Of a stretch of DNA of 64,000 bases, positions 40,199 to 52,896 are shown piece after piece. The position numbers were made by a program, and so were the translations under genes. This DNA comes from Hormiphora californensis (taxonomy: Eukaryota > Animalia > Ctenophora): assembly GCA_020137815.1 (NCBI GenBank), contig CM035355.1:5456001-5520000 (forward strand), read 5' to 3'. Position 1 is the stretch's first letter. Each line of letters starts with the position of its first letter. A model generated the notes under the pieces. That model ran no database searches. It was given only the letters and a program-made list of their open reading frames with translations, and had not been told where the DNA came from.

Positions 40199-41927
40199 TC
40201 ATGCCCCAGGATGTTTCCCTTTGAGATCAACTTCTTCATCTGCTGGGCAACTGTAGAATGCTGAAATGAGGAACAATGTTAGATATAGTGTTAGATACAG
40301 AAATTGGGAAACAATGTTAGGAATTGTTAAAATGAGAAACAATGTCAGAAAGTGATAACGTGATAATTTGACAGTTCGCCATCGGATATCAGTGCTGCAT
40401 AGCACGAACAGCTGCTAGTCGATTAAATACCCCCATAATGCTATTCGTCCCCCTCTCCCTCTCTCGACTAATCTCTCATATTATGCTCATAGGGTCCCCG
40501 CTGGACTGGGCACGTGTTCAGAACACCTGTCCATATTTACGAAGGTGACTGATGTTACATAAATTTGAAGCAGGGCAAAGCCCTTTCTCTTGCTGTAACA
40601 CTCGCCCTCGGCTTCGCGGGCACAATTTATAAATAAAATAGTTGTTTTCTTCAATATCAATAATTTTGTTAAATAACCTTTGACATTGATCCTTTGGGAG
40701 TTGACACGGGACTGCAGGGACTATTGAAGGTAAAGGCTGCATCAACATTGAATTGTAAACTCTTCAGTGTCAATCTCTTCTCCTCCTCCTCAAGGTCATC
40801 GTCCAAATCATCCAGAACCTGCTCCTCCTCCATACTCAGCTGTATTTGAGGGAGGGCCATTTGTTGTGGTGATTCCTCTATCAAGTACAATCTTGCACAA
40901 TGTACAGGCCCTTGGGTGATCCCAGAACTTGTAGGAGGCTCCGGGTTGTGTGGTTATTGAAGCACGCGGAGTTGAGTGACGGACAGTAAGCAACAAGAAC
41001 GAATGACAATGTTTGAGTGTGTAGGGATAACTGCGTATTAGAAATGCGATCTCTGGAGTGTTCCGTGTGTGAGTGGCATCGCAACTCAATCTTGGGTAAT
41101 GGAAATATAAGAAGGCAGAAAAGAGAGAGAGAAACTGAGTCCTAGGATTTCAGTAACTAGGTCCTATTGTTACTAGGATAGACACTTTTTCCGGGTAGGT
41201 GTATGTGAGACCCTTTTTTTCTTCACACATCGCAGAATGATTAGGTACCCGGTAAAAAAAATTTTGGATCGTACAATCACAGGGCTGAAAGTATCAGAAC
41301 TGTATTATTACAGCTTAGGCACAGAATATGGAAATATCAGAAATATTATAATATGTAGTACAGTCAGAGATTAATGGAAATATCAGAAGTATCAGTATAG
41401 TAGCGTCATAGAACCAAGACTACGCACTGGTGTGAGTGTAGTACATCCTCTTTGTTAAAGAAGAAAGAGAGTTGTTGTAGGTGTCGACACACAGCTCGAG
41501 AGGAAAACCCTTTCACTCAGCCGTGGTAGACAAATCATAGGAATGTGAATAATATCTTAAAGAGAACGTCATGTAATAAGTTAATAATGCTTTAGAATGT
41601 GGAAAATTCAAAAACAGGATTTTAGCTCCCAGAGCTAATCATATAAGACGTTTTTGTTATTGCATTGTATTGTCGGTACTTCATAGAGAGAATAAGGTTA
41701 AAGCGTGTCAAGTTGTTGAATTGATACACACTGACCTTGCTGAGAGTTCCTGGACTAGAACCATCCTTTCTCCCGACCTTCTTACTGCCCTGCTGATCGT
41801 CAGTCATTCCCCCGACCGATGACGATTTCTTGAGAGATGGTTTCTCGGGTTTCTGATCCTCGGGTGTTTTCCGAGGTAGAGTGAGAGCTCGGGGAAGTTG
41901 GACAATCAAAGATTCTTTTTCAGGCAT
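40199..41927 (-). CDS. Possible multi-exon gene for a low-complexity protein of unknown function
   Basis: Exon-like MPEKESLIVQLPR...GTLSK|gtcagt (~41927-41736) and acidic EEEQVLDDLDDDLEEEEK segment (~40880-40678). A consistent frame was not fully resolved. Confidence 0.4.
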
Positions 41928-43013
41928 TTTATTGGGTTGAACTATTCTGGATGGGAAACACGTCTTATAAATCAATACTGCTGGAGGTTTTTTTTCAACG
42001 GCGAGACAGGGTAGGCTGTCGAGATATTAAACCGACTTGATAAGAGACAACGATCAAACACTTGAGTCTTGAGTTGAGCAGAGAATATATGATTTATTTA
42101 TGGGCGACAAGATCAAACAAAAAACTGACACCTTTTATGGAAGGACGTGATTGATACATATCTTAAAGAGATAAATATCTTAGAGAGATACACATCTTAG
42201 AGAGATAAATTGAGCTACTCAACAACCCTCTCATGTATTTAGCTCTTGTCAAGTCTCTTGACACGTTCAGCGCTGTCTAAAAAATAGAAAATTAAGAAAA
42301 AGGGGGGTGATCACGTGTAAAGCAGCAGCTGTCTGAGATAGTTAGATGGTCAGGTCGCAGTTCTCAAGGGATCTGACCTGTCAAAAAGGAGGTGTTAGAT
42401 TGAGGGGAGCTGCTGAAAAGCGCTGAAATAATGTTTTTGATGACATAATTTATAAAAACAGTAGGCTACTGCAACCAAGGTAGGGCCGGGTTGGTTCTTG
42501 AAATGATCTCAGATTACAAAGTTAATGAGTAGGTAAGGAAGATGCCTAGCTGAGAAAAAGGAGCACGTACATTATACTGTCTGAATGAACTGCTATTATT
42601 TTAGCGACAACCAAATTAGCAAAATTCCGTCAAATAATTACTCAGTACAACAGTAGTAATTTATGATATAACAATTGGCATCTGTATGCAGGGCGACATA
42701 ATTCATATTTACTCACCTTCTCTAGTTAAATCAACATTCAGGTCTTGAAATTCCACACGAAGACGAGATCAATGAAGATTCTGCTTCTTTTCAAACAAAA
42801 GCTAACACGTAACAGCCATCAGTGAATACTAGTGAAGGCCAAGCGCAGCTGCTGGCTGGTAGCTGGCTCCTGTAGAGAGCTGACTGCAAGAGCTGCTAAT
42901 TTTCTCTCCTGAATTTGTAATTGGTGGAAAATAATAATGGTAAAGAGAGATAAATTGAGGCGGTGCAGTGTCCAAAACCCACACTGTTTCCTGATTCAGT
43001 GCCACTGTCATTA

Positions 43014-43769
43014 ACGGGTGATAACTAAAAGATGTCACAAATTTAAAACAGCTGTAGAATTTTTCCCTTATGAGATACAGCTTCGGGCCAGTTATAGAAC
43101 GATTTTTCAGACAATTTTGAATCGGGATAATATACCGGCAAAACCTAAAAAGTTCATTTTTATTGCGATATCTGATCATTTCATCAGCTTACACCAAAGC
43201 ATGTAGTACGGAGATTTGAAATTTCTATGTGATCAGAAATGACTTTTCTAATGAGATAAAATTCTAAAAATTGGAGCTTTGGTTGTTCATGCCATAGCCA
43301 ACATAACTGCCAAGTTTGAACATTTTAGCTCATTAAGAAATTGGTTTTCACGGTCATTAATGTTTCAAGAGATCGTCGAAATGGCAATTTCTCAAATTAC
43401 CTGTAAACTACGCTTTGTTACAGAAGATTCTGATCAGGAAATTGAGACTTATGAAGTTTGAAACAAAGTTAATTTCGTTCAAAATTGTCTGATAAATCAT
43501 TCTGTCACTGTCCCGAAGCTGAATCTTGAAAAGAACAGGTGCTAGAGGTGCTAGAAAAGTGTGTGAATTTCACGTACTAAATGCTTTGGTGGGGCAAAAG
43601 GAAATGATGTGATATCGCAATGAAAACGAACTTTTTAGTCTTTGCCGGTATATTATTCCGATTCAAAATTGTCTGAAAAATCGTTTTATAACTGGCCCGA
43701 AGCTGTATCTCAAAAGGGAAAAATTCTACAGCTGTTTTAAATTTGTGACATCTTTTAGTTATCACCCGT
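43014..43769. mobile_element. TA-TSD (Tc1/mariner-type) MITE
   Basis: TA|ACGGGTGATAACTAAAAGATG...CATCTTTTAGTTATCACCCGT|TA. Internal region is homologous to 10786-11548 in inverted orientation. Confidence 0.9.
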
Positions 43770-44114
43770 TATGATGACAATATGATTATTTCTTTTGGTG
43801 ATTTAAGTTTTAGCATTTAAGTGGCAGTGCCAAAGGGGCTACTGCCCATATTCTAGAATATGTTTATCTCTTGTTTTTCAAGATAACAAAAAGAACATAA
43901 AATACATTTTGCATTATGTTTTTATGTCTGGTTTGGTTGTCTCACGTGTCATTTTTAAAGAGCTAACTGGTTGCTATGGTGATTAGGAACTCGCTGGTCA
44001 TTCCTCAGGAATTATTCCTATGCGCCCCCATATATTATGTGCTGTTAATATAATCAGGTGTGCAAAACCGAGCAAAGTGAAAGTGAAACTATAGGAAAAG
44101 TGAAAGTAAGAATC

Positions 44115-46362
44115 TGGTGTGTGGGGGGACACGTCCGGGGCGTGGGAGGTCATACGAAGTCAAAACACGGTGGTTGGTTCGTCAGTGTGTGTCACCCTAC
44201 ACCAGTCACTTCCCCCTGCACCATTTTCCTCTTCCACCCTTGATCTTTATTTGCCCGTTGTCAGTCGAGTTTTTAGCAGAGTTATTTAGCAGAATTATAG
44301 TTATTTCTAGATAGAATAGTTTAGACAGTTTTATTTTTGATATTTTATTTACATTGTCCTAACACACCATTTGTCACGGCGTGCCCGAGGGTAGTTTAAC
44401 ATTTGTTTGAGTGCACACCTCCAATTCCGGTTGTAACTGGTCGGGAAGACCTCCCTGAAGGTCGTGGCGGTGCGGGAAAAATAGGGTAGACCTGCTGCGG
44501 CTTCAGAAAATTGAGAAAAAGATAGCTATCTTTTTTTTTCACTTTGAAAATAAGACGTTTTTTATTAAAAGATCCTTGATCAGTGAGATACGGTTGTCCC
44601 CTACTTATTTTTTGACGTAGAATCGAATGCCGTTGAAGTCAAATCTCTAAAATGTTGGAAAAATGGAGAAAATCACGTTTTTAGGTGTTTTTTGGTGAAA
44701 AAAGCGTTCAAACTGGTAGTAGATGATGGGATAGAGTCCCAAAAATATCATAAATCGATTTTTTCCCTGCCCGGGTGGATGCCAGAAGGGCATCCACCCG
44801 GATGATCGTTTTAGCACGTGTGCTAAAAAGATCATAAAGGGTTTAGAAATCTCGGATTTGAAATAGTAACTCGAGCGTGGTCAAAATCGCGTGTGTCACG
44901 GTAGCAGCATAGTAACTGCTCCTTCATAAAATCAAATAACTGTTTTGATGAAATATGATGTCAGGACGCTTATTTTTCAAAGCTGTGCGCGGCGCTCACA
45001 ACACTGTTGCTGAAGGGGTGAGGGTAGAGTAAAACAGCTGTGTAACTGCATATACATACAGGACACATGCATCTCACATTGTGACCAAGCCTTGATATTG
45101 TGATACTGATAGTGTGATACTGATCCTGTCGACGGAGGGCAGGGAAACACCGCATTATGAATACATAATGCAATAATTCTTGTTTGGGTCTTTTTCGCCC
45201 TAGGAACAGAGTTTTATGAAAATCTGGTACAACGCCTATTCTCCGTTTGCTTTCAAAGAAGGTGAATATTGCTCTAATTTAGCCAATTTTGAAGAAAAGG
45301 CGTCCAAAATTATACCAGTTGACAGGATAGAGTCCCAAAAACGTGAAAATCATCAATTTTAGGCATTTTATACCCTAGAAACAAATGGACATGGTGGTCG
45401 AATGATATTTTTATCTCGGTAGGCCTCTGAAGTATTTGGAAATAGCCACAATGTAGAGATTGTGGTAAATTAATGTGAATAAACGTTTACCAAACCCACT
45501 TTAGTGGGCTTCTGGATTATGCAAGAGCCACTCTTCAACTTAGCAGGTGCTAAAGTGGGTTTGGTAAACGTTTATTCACATTAATTTACCACAATCTCTA
45601 CATTGTGGCTATTTCCACATACTTCAGAGGCCTACCGAGATAAAAAATATCATTCGACCACCATGTCCATTTGTTTCCAGGGTATAAAATGCCTAAAATT
45701 GATGATTTTCACGTTTTTGGGACTCTATCCTGTCAACTGGTATCATTTTGGACGCCTTTTCTTCAAAATTGGCTAAATTAGAGCAATATTCACCTTCTTT
45801 GAAAGCAAACGGAGAATAGGCGTTGTACCAGATTTTCATGAAACTCTGTTCCTAGGGCGAAAAAGACCCAAAAAATTGATTTATGATATTTTTGGGACTC
45901 TATCCCATCATCTACTACCAGTTTGAACGCTTTTTTTACCAAAAAACACCTAAAAACGTGATTTTCTCCATTTTTCCAACATTTTAGAGATTTGACTTCA
46001 ACGGCATTCGATTCTACGTCAAAAAATAGGTGGGGGACAACCGTATCTCACTGATCAAGGATCTTTTAATAAAAAACGTCTTATTTTCAAAGTGAAAATA
46101 AGATAGCTATCTTTTTCTCAATTTTCTGAAGCCGCAGCAGGTCTACCCTATTTTTCCCGCACCGCCACGACCTTCAGGGAGGTCTTCCCGACCAGTTACA
46201 ACCGGAATTGGAGGTGTGCACTCAAACAAATGTTAAACTACCCTCGGGCATGCCGTGTTGTATTAGCTGAAGAAGGGGCACAACCCCGAAACGTTCCAAC
46301 CAACCACCGTGTTTTGACTTCGTATGACCTCCCACGCCCCGGACGTGTCCCCCCACACACCA
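44115..46362. mobile_element. 2.25-kb composite foldback (nested inverted repeats)
   Basis: Arms 44115-44178/46297-46362, ~44375-44763/~45873-46257 and ~45183-45505/~45550-45872. Non-coding. Confidence 0.88.
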
Positions 46363-46434
46363 ATTTATCACCCAGTCCGCCTTTTCAACAACTTGATTAA
46401 GAATCTGATTCATGAATAAATTCAACATGTATGT

Positions 46435-46687
46435 GGGCCTAATCACACTAGATGGATTTCCAGCACGGCAAGTTCCAGCAGTGCAGAATTCACACTGCTG
46501 CTGGCTGGAAACTTGCGCAAAACGACATTCTAGGACAAAATTGTGTGCATTAGTCTACAAAAAACCTGTGTGGCGGTCGCGCTTTCCGTATTTTGGTCCT
46601 TTCGCACGAGTTTCCAGCAAGCAGCAGTGTGAATTCAGCACTGCTGGAAGTTGCCGTGCTGGAAATCCATCTAGTGTGATTAGGCCC
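46435..46687. mobile_element. Palindromic MITE (GGGCCTAATCACACTAG termini)
   Basis: ~85-bp inverted arms. TSD not clear. Confidence 0.8.
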
Positions 46688-47439
46688 TAACTCAGCTAGC
46701 GGCAGTGCCAATGGAGCTACTTATTATTCTAAAATATGTTTATCTTTTGTCATTCAAGTGTCAAGATAACCAAGAACATAAATGCAATTTTGCTCGCTTT
46801 CGCATTATGGAATCATTCGATGCGTTTCGATGTCTGATTTTGTTGTCTAAATCTCAATCTCACGCATAAAATAAGGGACCGAAACCGTTTGAAGTTTTTC
46901 TGTTTTTTCCAATTTTACCGTCATCTTTGCATTGTCAATTTTATTCATTTGTTAACTGGTTGCTAGGGTAACACGGAACTCGCTAGTCATTCCTATGTGC
47001 CCCCTCAATATAATATGTGCTGTAAATATAATCAGATGTGCGAATCTAGGGAGAGTGAAAGTGAAACTATAGGAAAAGTGAAAGTAAGAATCTGATTGGT
47101 CGTAACCATGACGATACAGTTAGTCACGTGACGATGCAGCTAGCCAGGTGACGCTCGAGACACGCACTGGATGCGGTTATGTACAGAGGGGGAGCTCTCA
47201 AGGCTCATTATATACCCGCACCTGGCGGATGACCAGTATGTGTTGATGACTTGTTGCTGTGGAGACCATCTATCAAAATAAATCATAGCTCTTGTTGAAC
47301 CCAACTATAAAATGCCGGATTAGTTTTGGGGAGGAATTATTTCCACCAACATGCCACTCTTCCATTTTTTCTTTGTGAGTTGATATTCCTTCCTGTTATC
47401 TTGGGCTCTATATAACACCACAATTTCAGTTCTAGAACA

Positions 47440-48170
47440 ATGTCTCTTTGCCTAAAGTTGGTTCTTCTCGGCGTTTTGGTTGTTGTTCCCTGCGCAGCCG
47501 AGGATGCAGCCACCAAGGTTGAATGCTATAAGAACTGCGTGATCTTCGATAAAATAACCAGAGCTGGAGCTGCCGTCGAGCTAACCGACGATCAGAGTAA
47601 GTTTTTATCTTTTGTTGGGCTTTAATACCATAACCGTACTTGTGCTCCGAAGCTGGAAAATCTGAAAACTTAACATGATATATTCCACTTCAGAAAAATG
47701 TGCCGATGCTTTGAAGGGAGATTGTGATGCTGGACAGGTTTGCAAAATCTACAATTTTGCCGGAACAAGTAAAGTAAACGATACCAAGACTAACGCGATG
47801 GTGGAGGTTAAAGTTGAGGCACGGATGGCAAATTGTGGAGCTGCAGAGAATGCGACGGAAGTCTTTTGCAATGTAATGTATTGTTTTTCTTTACTTTCTA
47901 GTAGGACCCCAGCTTGCGTGGAGAGCATTGGCATTAATTTCAGATTATATCAATAGAATTTCGTGCAATCCTATAATCTTCCTTCAGAGCACAGCAGTTT
48001 CCGACGAAATCACGGTGATGTACGACAGCACTGAATTGGACTTTTCCAAGACGGAGTGTTCTGGTATCAACGATTGCACGGAATCCTGTCTGGAGATGAA
48101 AGCATCAGCGAATGGGCGATATTTGTCAGTTGCCCTTCTCTCCGTTATCATGATGGCACGATTGTTCTAG
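47440..48170 (+). CDS. Secreted/GPI-anchored Cys-rich protein, Ly6/three-finger (Quiver-like) architecture
   Basis: Exons 47440-47596, 47694-47872, 47988-48170 join in frame. Signal peptide, ECYxxC start, 10 Cys in the mature part, and a small-residue site (ASA) before a hydrophobic C-terminal tail. Confidence 0.75.
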
Positions 48171-48940
48171 AAATTGTTCTAGAAAATTCTAGTTGTTGAG
48201 GAATGAGGGGTGACAAGAGTGCAGCACCTCAAACATTTGTACAGAGATTTTTTTCTTTTTTAACCAAGTATAAGTTGTAAAAAGTGTCGATTATTCACTA
48301 GGGAAAAACAAGGAATTTGCTCTTTTATGTTGCTCTGCCAAACCTTCACTTCACCCTCACAGCGCATGCAGTTGCCTGTGTTATGTGAGCTACAAAACTT
48401 TTAATCATATGTATAAAGAACACTTACTTTTTATCTTTATCTTTCTCCAAGCAAGTTGCACAATTTATACACTGCCTTCGTATTCGAACAAAACAACGGA
48501 AAATGTTCCAAACACACTGTGTCGATGGTTACTTCACACTTCTCTCCTCTTCTTGGTAATGCAATTTCCACTGCCAGTGCAGTTCAAGAACATCAGATAC
48601 AGGCAGATACAGGTAGATATAATACAGATTCTGTATCCTCCTGTATCAAACCAAGCAGTATATCTCCCTTAGATGTGGTGTCACATCAGGTAGCAGTCTC
48701 CCCTACCGAACCAACGGACAGACACATGAGTCAAGTGTCATCAGCTATAGAAGTCTGCCAGTCAATAACCGGCCAGCTTTGGAGCAGACACCCAAACCAA
48801 CCTGAATTTTTTTAATTTCACCCGGCCCCTGAGACAGTTAAAAACTCGGTTGATCCCACTGTTTACTATATCAGTTAGAACAAACGATCGCGAAAGATGC
48901 AAATTGTTTCAATTACTCCGTAACAGTAACTTCGAAAGTA

Positions 48941-50701
48941 CCGTGTGGGGCAATAAAAATGCCCCCCCAAGTCTACCATAGTTCCAGAAATCTTGGAGCG
49001 CTAAAATTTGGTACAGTAACTCTATGAGACAAATAAATAACTTGACCAAAATTTCAGACCTCTAGCTCAAAATTCATTTTTTTGATAGGAATGAACATTG
49101 TCATTCATTCCAAGAAAAATATATTTTCGGTCCAGAATTCAAGCAATTATCTTTGGCTATCGATTAGCTTTCCAATGTGACCAAGATCATCTAAATTGGG
49201 CAACCACAAGAGACACAGTGTCATGTTTCTTAAAGTTAGTCAGGTCATGTGATCCTCACCGAATCGTTGATTATCCGGGATTGCTAATCGGGCCAAGGGG
49301 CAGAGGAATCTCGTATCACAGCCGCTAATGAGGTATGTGTACCAATACAGGGTAATGTGATTCGAGGAAAGAGGACATTTATCAAAGAGCTACAGATCTC
49401 ATGACCAATCAGCATCGTCATCCCTCATTAGTAGCCGTGATACGTGATTCTCTACCACTTAGACTGATTCGTAATACTGAACACTCAACGATTCGGTGAG
49501 GATCACATGGCCTGACTAACTTTAACCCTTTGGAGACGATTGGGTCACAGGTGACCCAGTACTTTGAACCCATTTAGCGTCTTTATAGATCATGTTTGAA
49601 AGTTTTAAGTTGTTTCCAGGGTTGAAACATACATTTTTCTACCATTTTGAGGTCGTTTTGAGCCTCTGAAGTTGTCGACTTCGGAAAACAGGGCTAAAAC
49701 AGTGCATTTGGTGGGCAAAATGGGTAGTTTAATGGCCATATCTCAAAATTGGTACGAGTATGCTTAAAATGGACTTGGAAAATGCAAGAAAAGTGTGTAT
49801 TTTACCCCGGGGTAAAGTTTCAGGGTGATATTACAAATTTTGTGCCTCTCAGAGGCCTTCAAAGTGCTGGGTCACCTGTGACCCAATCGTCCCCTAACGC
49901 TAAAACAGAAATTTGCATTCTACGAGCATTTCTAAAGGAAAGGCCACCGATAAATGTCTAAAACGGCATTTTTTAAACAGGTGCTAGCGACTAACCGACT
50001 CCATTATTGTTATCTCAACATCATAGGGAGTCCATGAAAAAATTTCTGAGATCCGTGCTCCTTCATAAAATTTTTCATCTCGGCCAATTTTGAAATTCTA
50101 AAATCGGCTACAGATGAGATAGAGAGGTCCATAGGGTGTGCAAAATGTGTAGAATGGCCGGGTTTATATGAGTGTTATGAAGAAACATAGGGCCTAAAAT
50201 GAGTGGTTTTCGAGTTATGGGGCAAAATAGCTGCGAAATCTCAATTCCTGTTTTAGCGTTAGGGGACGATTGGGTCACAGGTGACCCAATAGAAATACAG
50301 GTGGTAGAACCAAAATTCCTTTTCCTGCGTTCAAGAAGGTTCAAAGTAAGTGTCTCCAGGAAGTTTTAGAGAATTCTGTCGACAGGGGGCTTATCGTCCC
50401 CAAAGGGTTAAGAAACATGACACTGTGTCTCTTGTGGTTGTCCAATTTAGCTGATCTTGGTCACAGTGGACAGCTAATCGATAGCCAAAGATAATTGCTT
50501 GAATTCTGGACCGAAAATATATTTTTCTTGGAATGAATGACAATGTTCATTCCTATCAAAAAAAAAGAATTTTGAGCTAGAGGTCTGAAATTTTGGTCAA
50601 GTTATTTATTTGTCTCATAGAGTTACTGTACCAAATTTTAGCTCTCCAAGATTTTTGGAACTATGGTAGACTTGGGGGGGCATTTTTATTGCCCCACACG
50701 G
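48941..50701. mobile_element. TA-TSD MITE with long TIRs, interrupted by a piggyBac-type element
   Basis: TA|CCGTGTGGGGCAATAAAAATG...CATTTTTATTGCCCCACACGG|TA. Confidence 0.9.
49526..50407. mobile_element. piggyBac-type non-autonomous element
   Basis: TTAA|CCCTTTGGAGACGAT...ATCGTCCCCAAAGGG|TTAA. Removing it restores the host TIR (GACTAACTTTAAGAAACATG). Confidence 0.9.
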
Positions 50702-50846
50702 TACATTCACCTAGCTGAAATACTCAACAAAGTAACATTAAAAACATATCTCACCTTTTATCAGGAGTCGCCAGTGGTCTCTATAGCAGCCTGCATCCTG
50801 TATAGCGATCTTTTTACCACCTCCTTGACTTTGACTTGACTTACTT

Positions 50847-51180
50847 TCCTCCTTCAATGAACCTGCTGACATAACTTAGTATATGCTGACATAACGTTTT
50901 AAGTTTATGATTTATGGGTTATACTATAACCCATAAATCATAAATTTATAAACTTTTCTTTGCAGTGTCATGAATGGCTAGGCTGGATCTCAGACAAATT
51001 GCTACTAGACCAATCCTCCTTCAATGAACCTGCTGACATAACTTAGTATATGCTGACATAACGTTTTAAGTTTATGATTTATGGGTTATACTATAACCCA
51101 TAAATCATAAATTTATAAACTTTTCTTTGCAGTGTCATGAATGGCTAGGCTGGATCTCAGACAAATTGCTACTAGACCAA
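50847..51180. repeat. ~167-bp perfect tandem duplication, each copy with an AT-rich hairpin
   Basis: TCCTCCTTCAATGAACC...CTACTAGACCAA x2. Each copy contains TTTATGATTTATGGGTTATA-C-TATAACCCATAAATCATAAA. Confidence 0.9.
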
Positions 51181-51672
51181 TCAGTAGATGGTCAAGAACA
51201 CTCGGGATGGTCTATAAAGCATAGAATTTTAATATTTTAAATCCGTTCGGCACGGCTTTCCCTTGTCCCAACAAGTTTACTTCTTCAGTAAAAGACGAAG
51301 AAGAAGTTCTAGAATTTGATCATATCAATCGCTGAGCATGTGACAAAGATTCGTTGCGATTCTTAGACTTTCCGACAAAGCCTATAGTCCTACTTTTCAT
51401 GTGACGGGGACTGGGGAGCTCGTCATAAGTTTTCCACGCGATCCTGGCACGAGTCTCTTTGTTTTGGTAAACAAAGAAAGAGATTAGCTCGTGATGACGA
51501 TACCTACTCCCCCGCATTTAGGTCCTGGTATTGTTGAAGACAATAATAATTCTGGAGGGATCATCATCATCATCTCATTGTGAAATGTAATTGTGTCTGC
51601 CGCTATGGAGTAGAGCTCTCTACTGATGATTAGTCGTGCGGTGAGAGTGACACAATCCAGTATGGAAAAACT

Positions 51673-51821
<149 letters not shown>

Positions 51822-51840
51822 GAGAGCAGAGAGAGAGAGA

Positions 51841-51874
<34 letters not shown>

Positions 51875-52344
51875 TGACACACGTGCTGCGGTCTGATCTA
51901 TTCTTTAACTACTTGACATCATGACTATTATAAACTGGACTATTCCAATAACTACTAGGCCTCCAACTGTAAATTATATATCCCCCCAGCATTCCATTTC
52001 TTATGCACCAAGCATTCCGTCTTGTGTGCGTCACTCTAGCTCATTCTAATGCCTAGTAAGAAGAACGCCCCAGTCGCCACCCCCATTATCATGTCTTCAT
52101 GACGTACACAAGTATCAATGCCCCTTTATTGTTCTATATTTGTCCGCACAGACACACTTGCCGCCGCTCCACTAAGTGACCGGATATATTTTAAAATCCT
52201 ATTACGTCAGATCAATCCACCGCGTTGCGTTACCAACACAAATAAAGAGAGCTTGGGAGGGGAGTATAAAGCAGAGAAAAGAGGCTCATACTGCTCAAAT
52301 CATATATCGATCTCAATCAACCATCTCTCTGAAACCCACAGAAT

Positions 52345-52896
52345 ATGTTAAAGCTTGTTACTTTCTTTGCTTTGTTGGCAGCTCTGCTGTCAGTGGCTGT
52401 ATCCCGACCACACCACCGTGCTGCCAAGGAGGAGGATGTTACCAGTAGCCCACCAGTTACCGACCTGTTACCCAGCAACGAAGATGCCATCATCTCTACT
52501 GAACAGAATGATGAACCTGGTAAGTTGATAATATAACAGTACAGTTCATTACCACAGCTCTATTATACATAGCAGAATATTATTCCTAAGTTGCCAGTAC
52601 AATTACCATAATGCTCGGGAATTTTGCCCGATTTCAGTCAAGTTACCGGATTCTCAATCCTGAAATCAGCCCACTAACCCAACCTTTTTCCCACAGTATA
52701 CGTGATGCTAAAGCCAAGGCGATCAGGAAACAAGAAAAGGAGGTCAGGAAAGAGCCGAGTCATCGTCTACAACCCCCGAAGTTGGGACGGCCGAAGCAGG
52801 AAGAGGAACATGAATAACGTTGCAGGACGAGCAGGAGCATTCTTCTACGTTCCCCCTCACACCTATCCCCAGCGGTTAATTCAATTAACTAACTAA
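52345..52896 (+). CDS. Secreted prepropeptide (putative neuropeptide precursor), 2 exons
   Basis: Exons 52345-52519 and 52697-52896 join in phase 1. Signal peptide MLKLVTFFALLAALLSVAVS, acidic spacer, then RR/KKRR/RKR sites and G-R motifs (SWDGR, NVAGR). Confidence 0.7.

Larger units (their letters stand above)
43820..47095. repeat. Diverged direct repeat (~43820-44114 vs ~46700-47093)
   Basis: Shared GGCAGTGCCAA..GCTAC, AATATGTTTATC, TAACTGGTTGCTA and AGTGAAAGTGAAACTATAGGAAAAGTGAAAGTAAGAATCTG. Confidence 0.75.
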
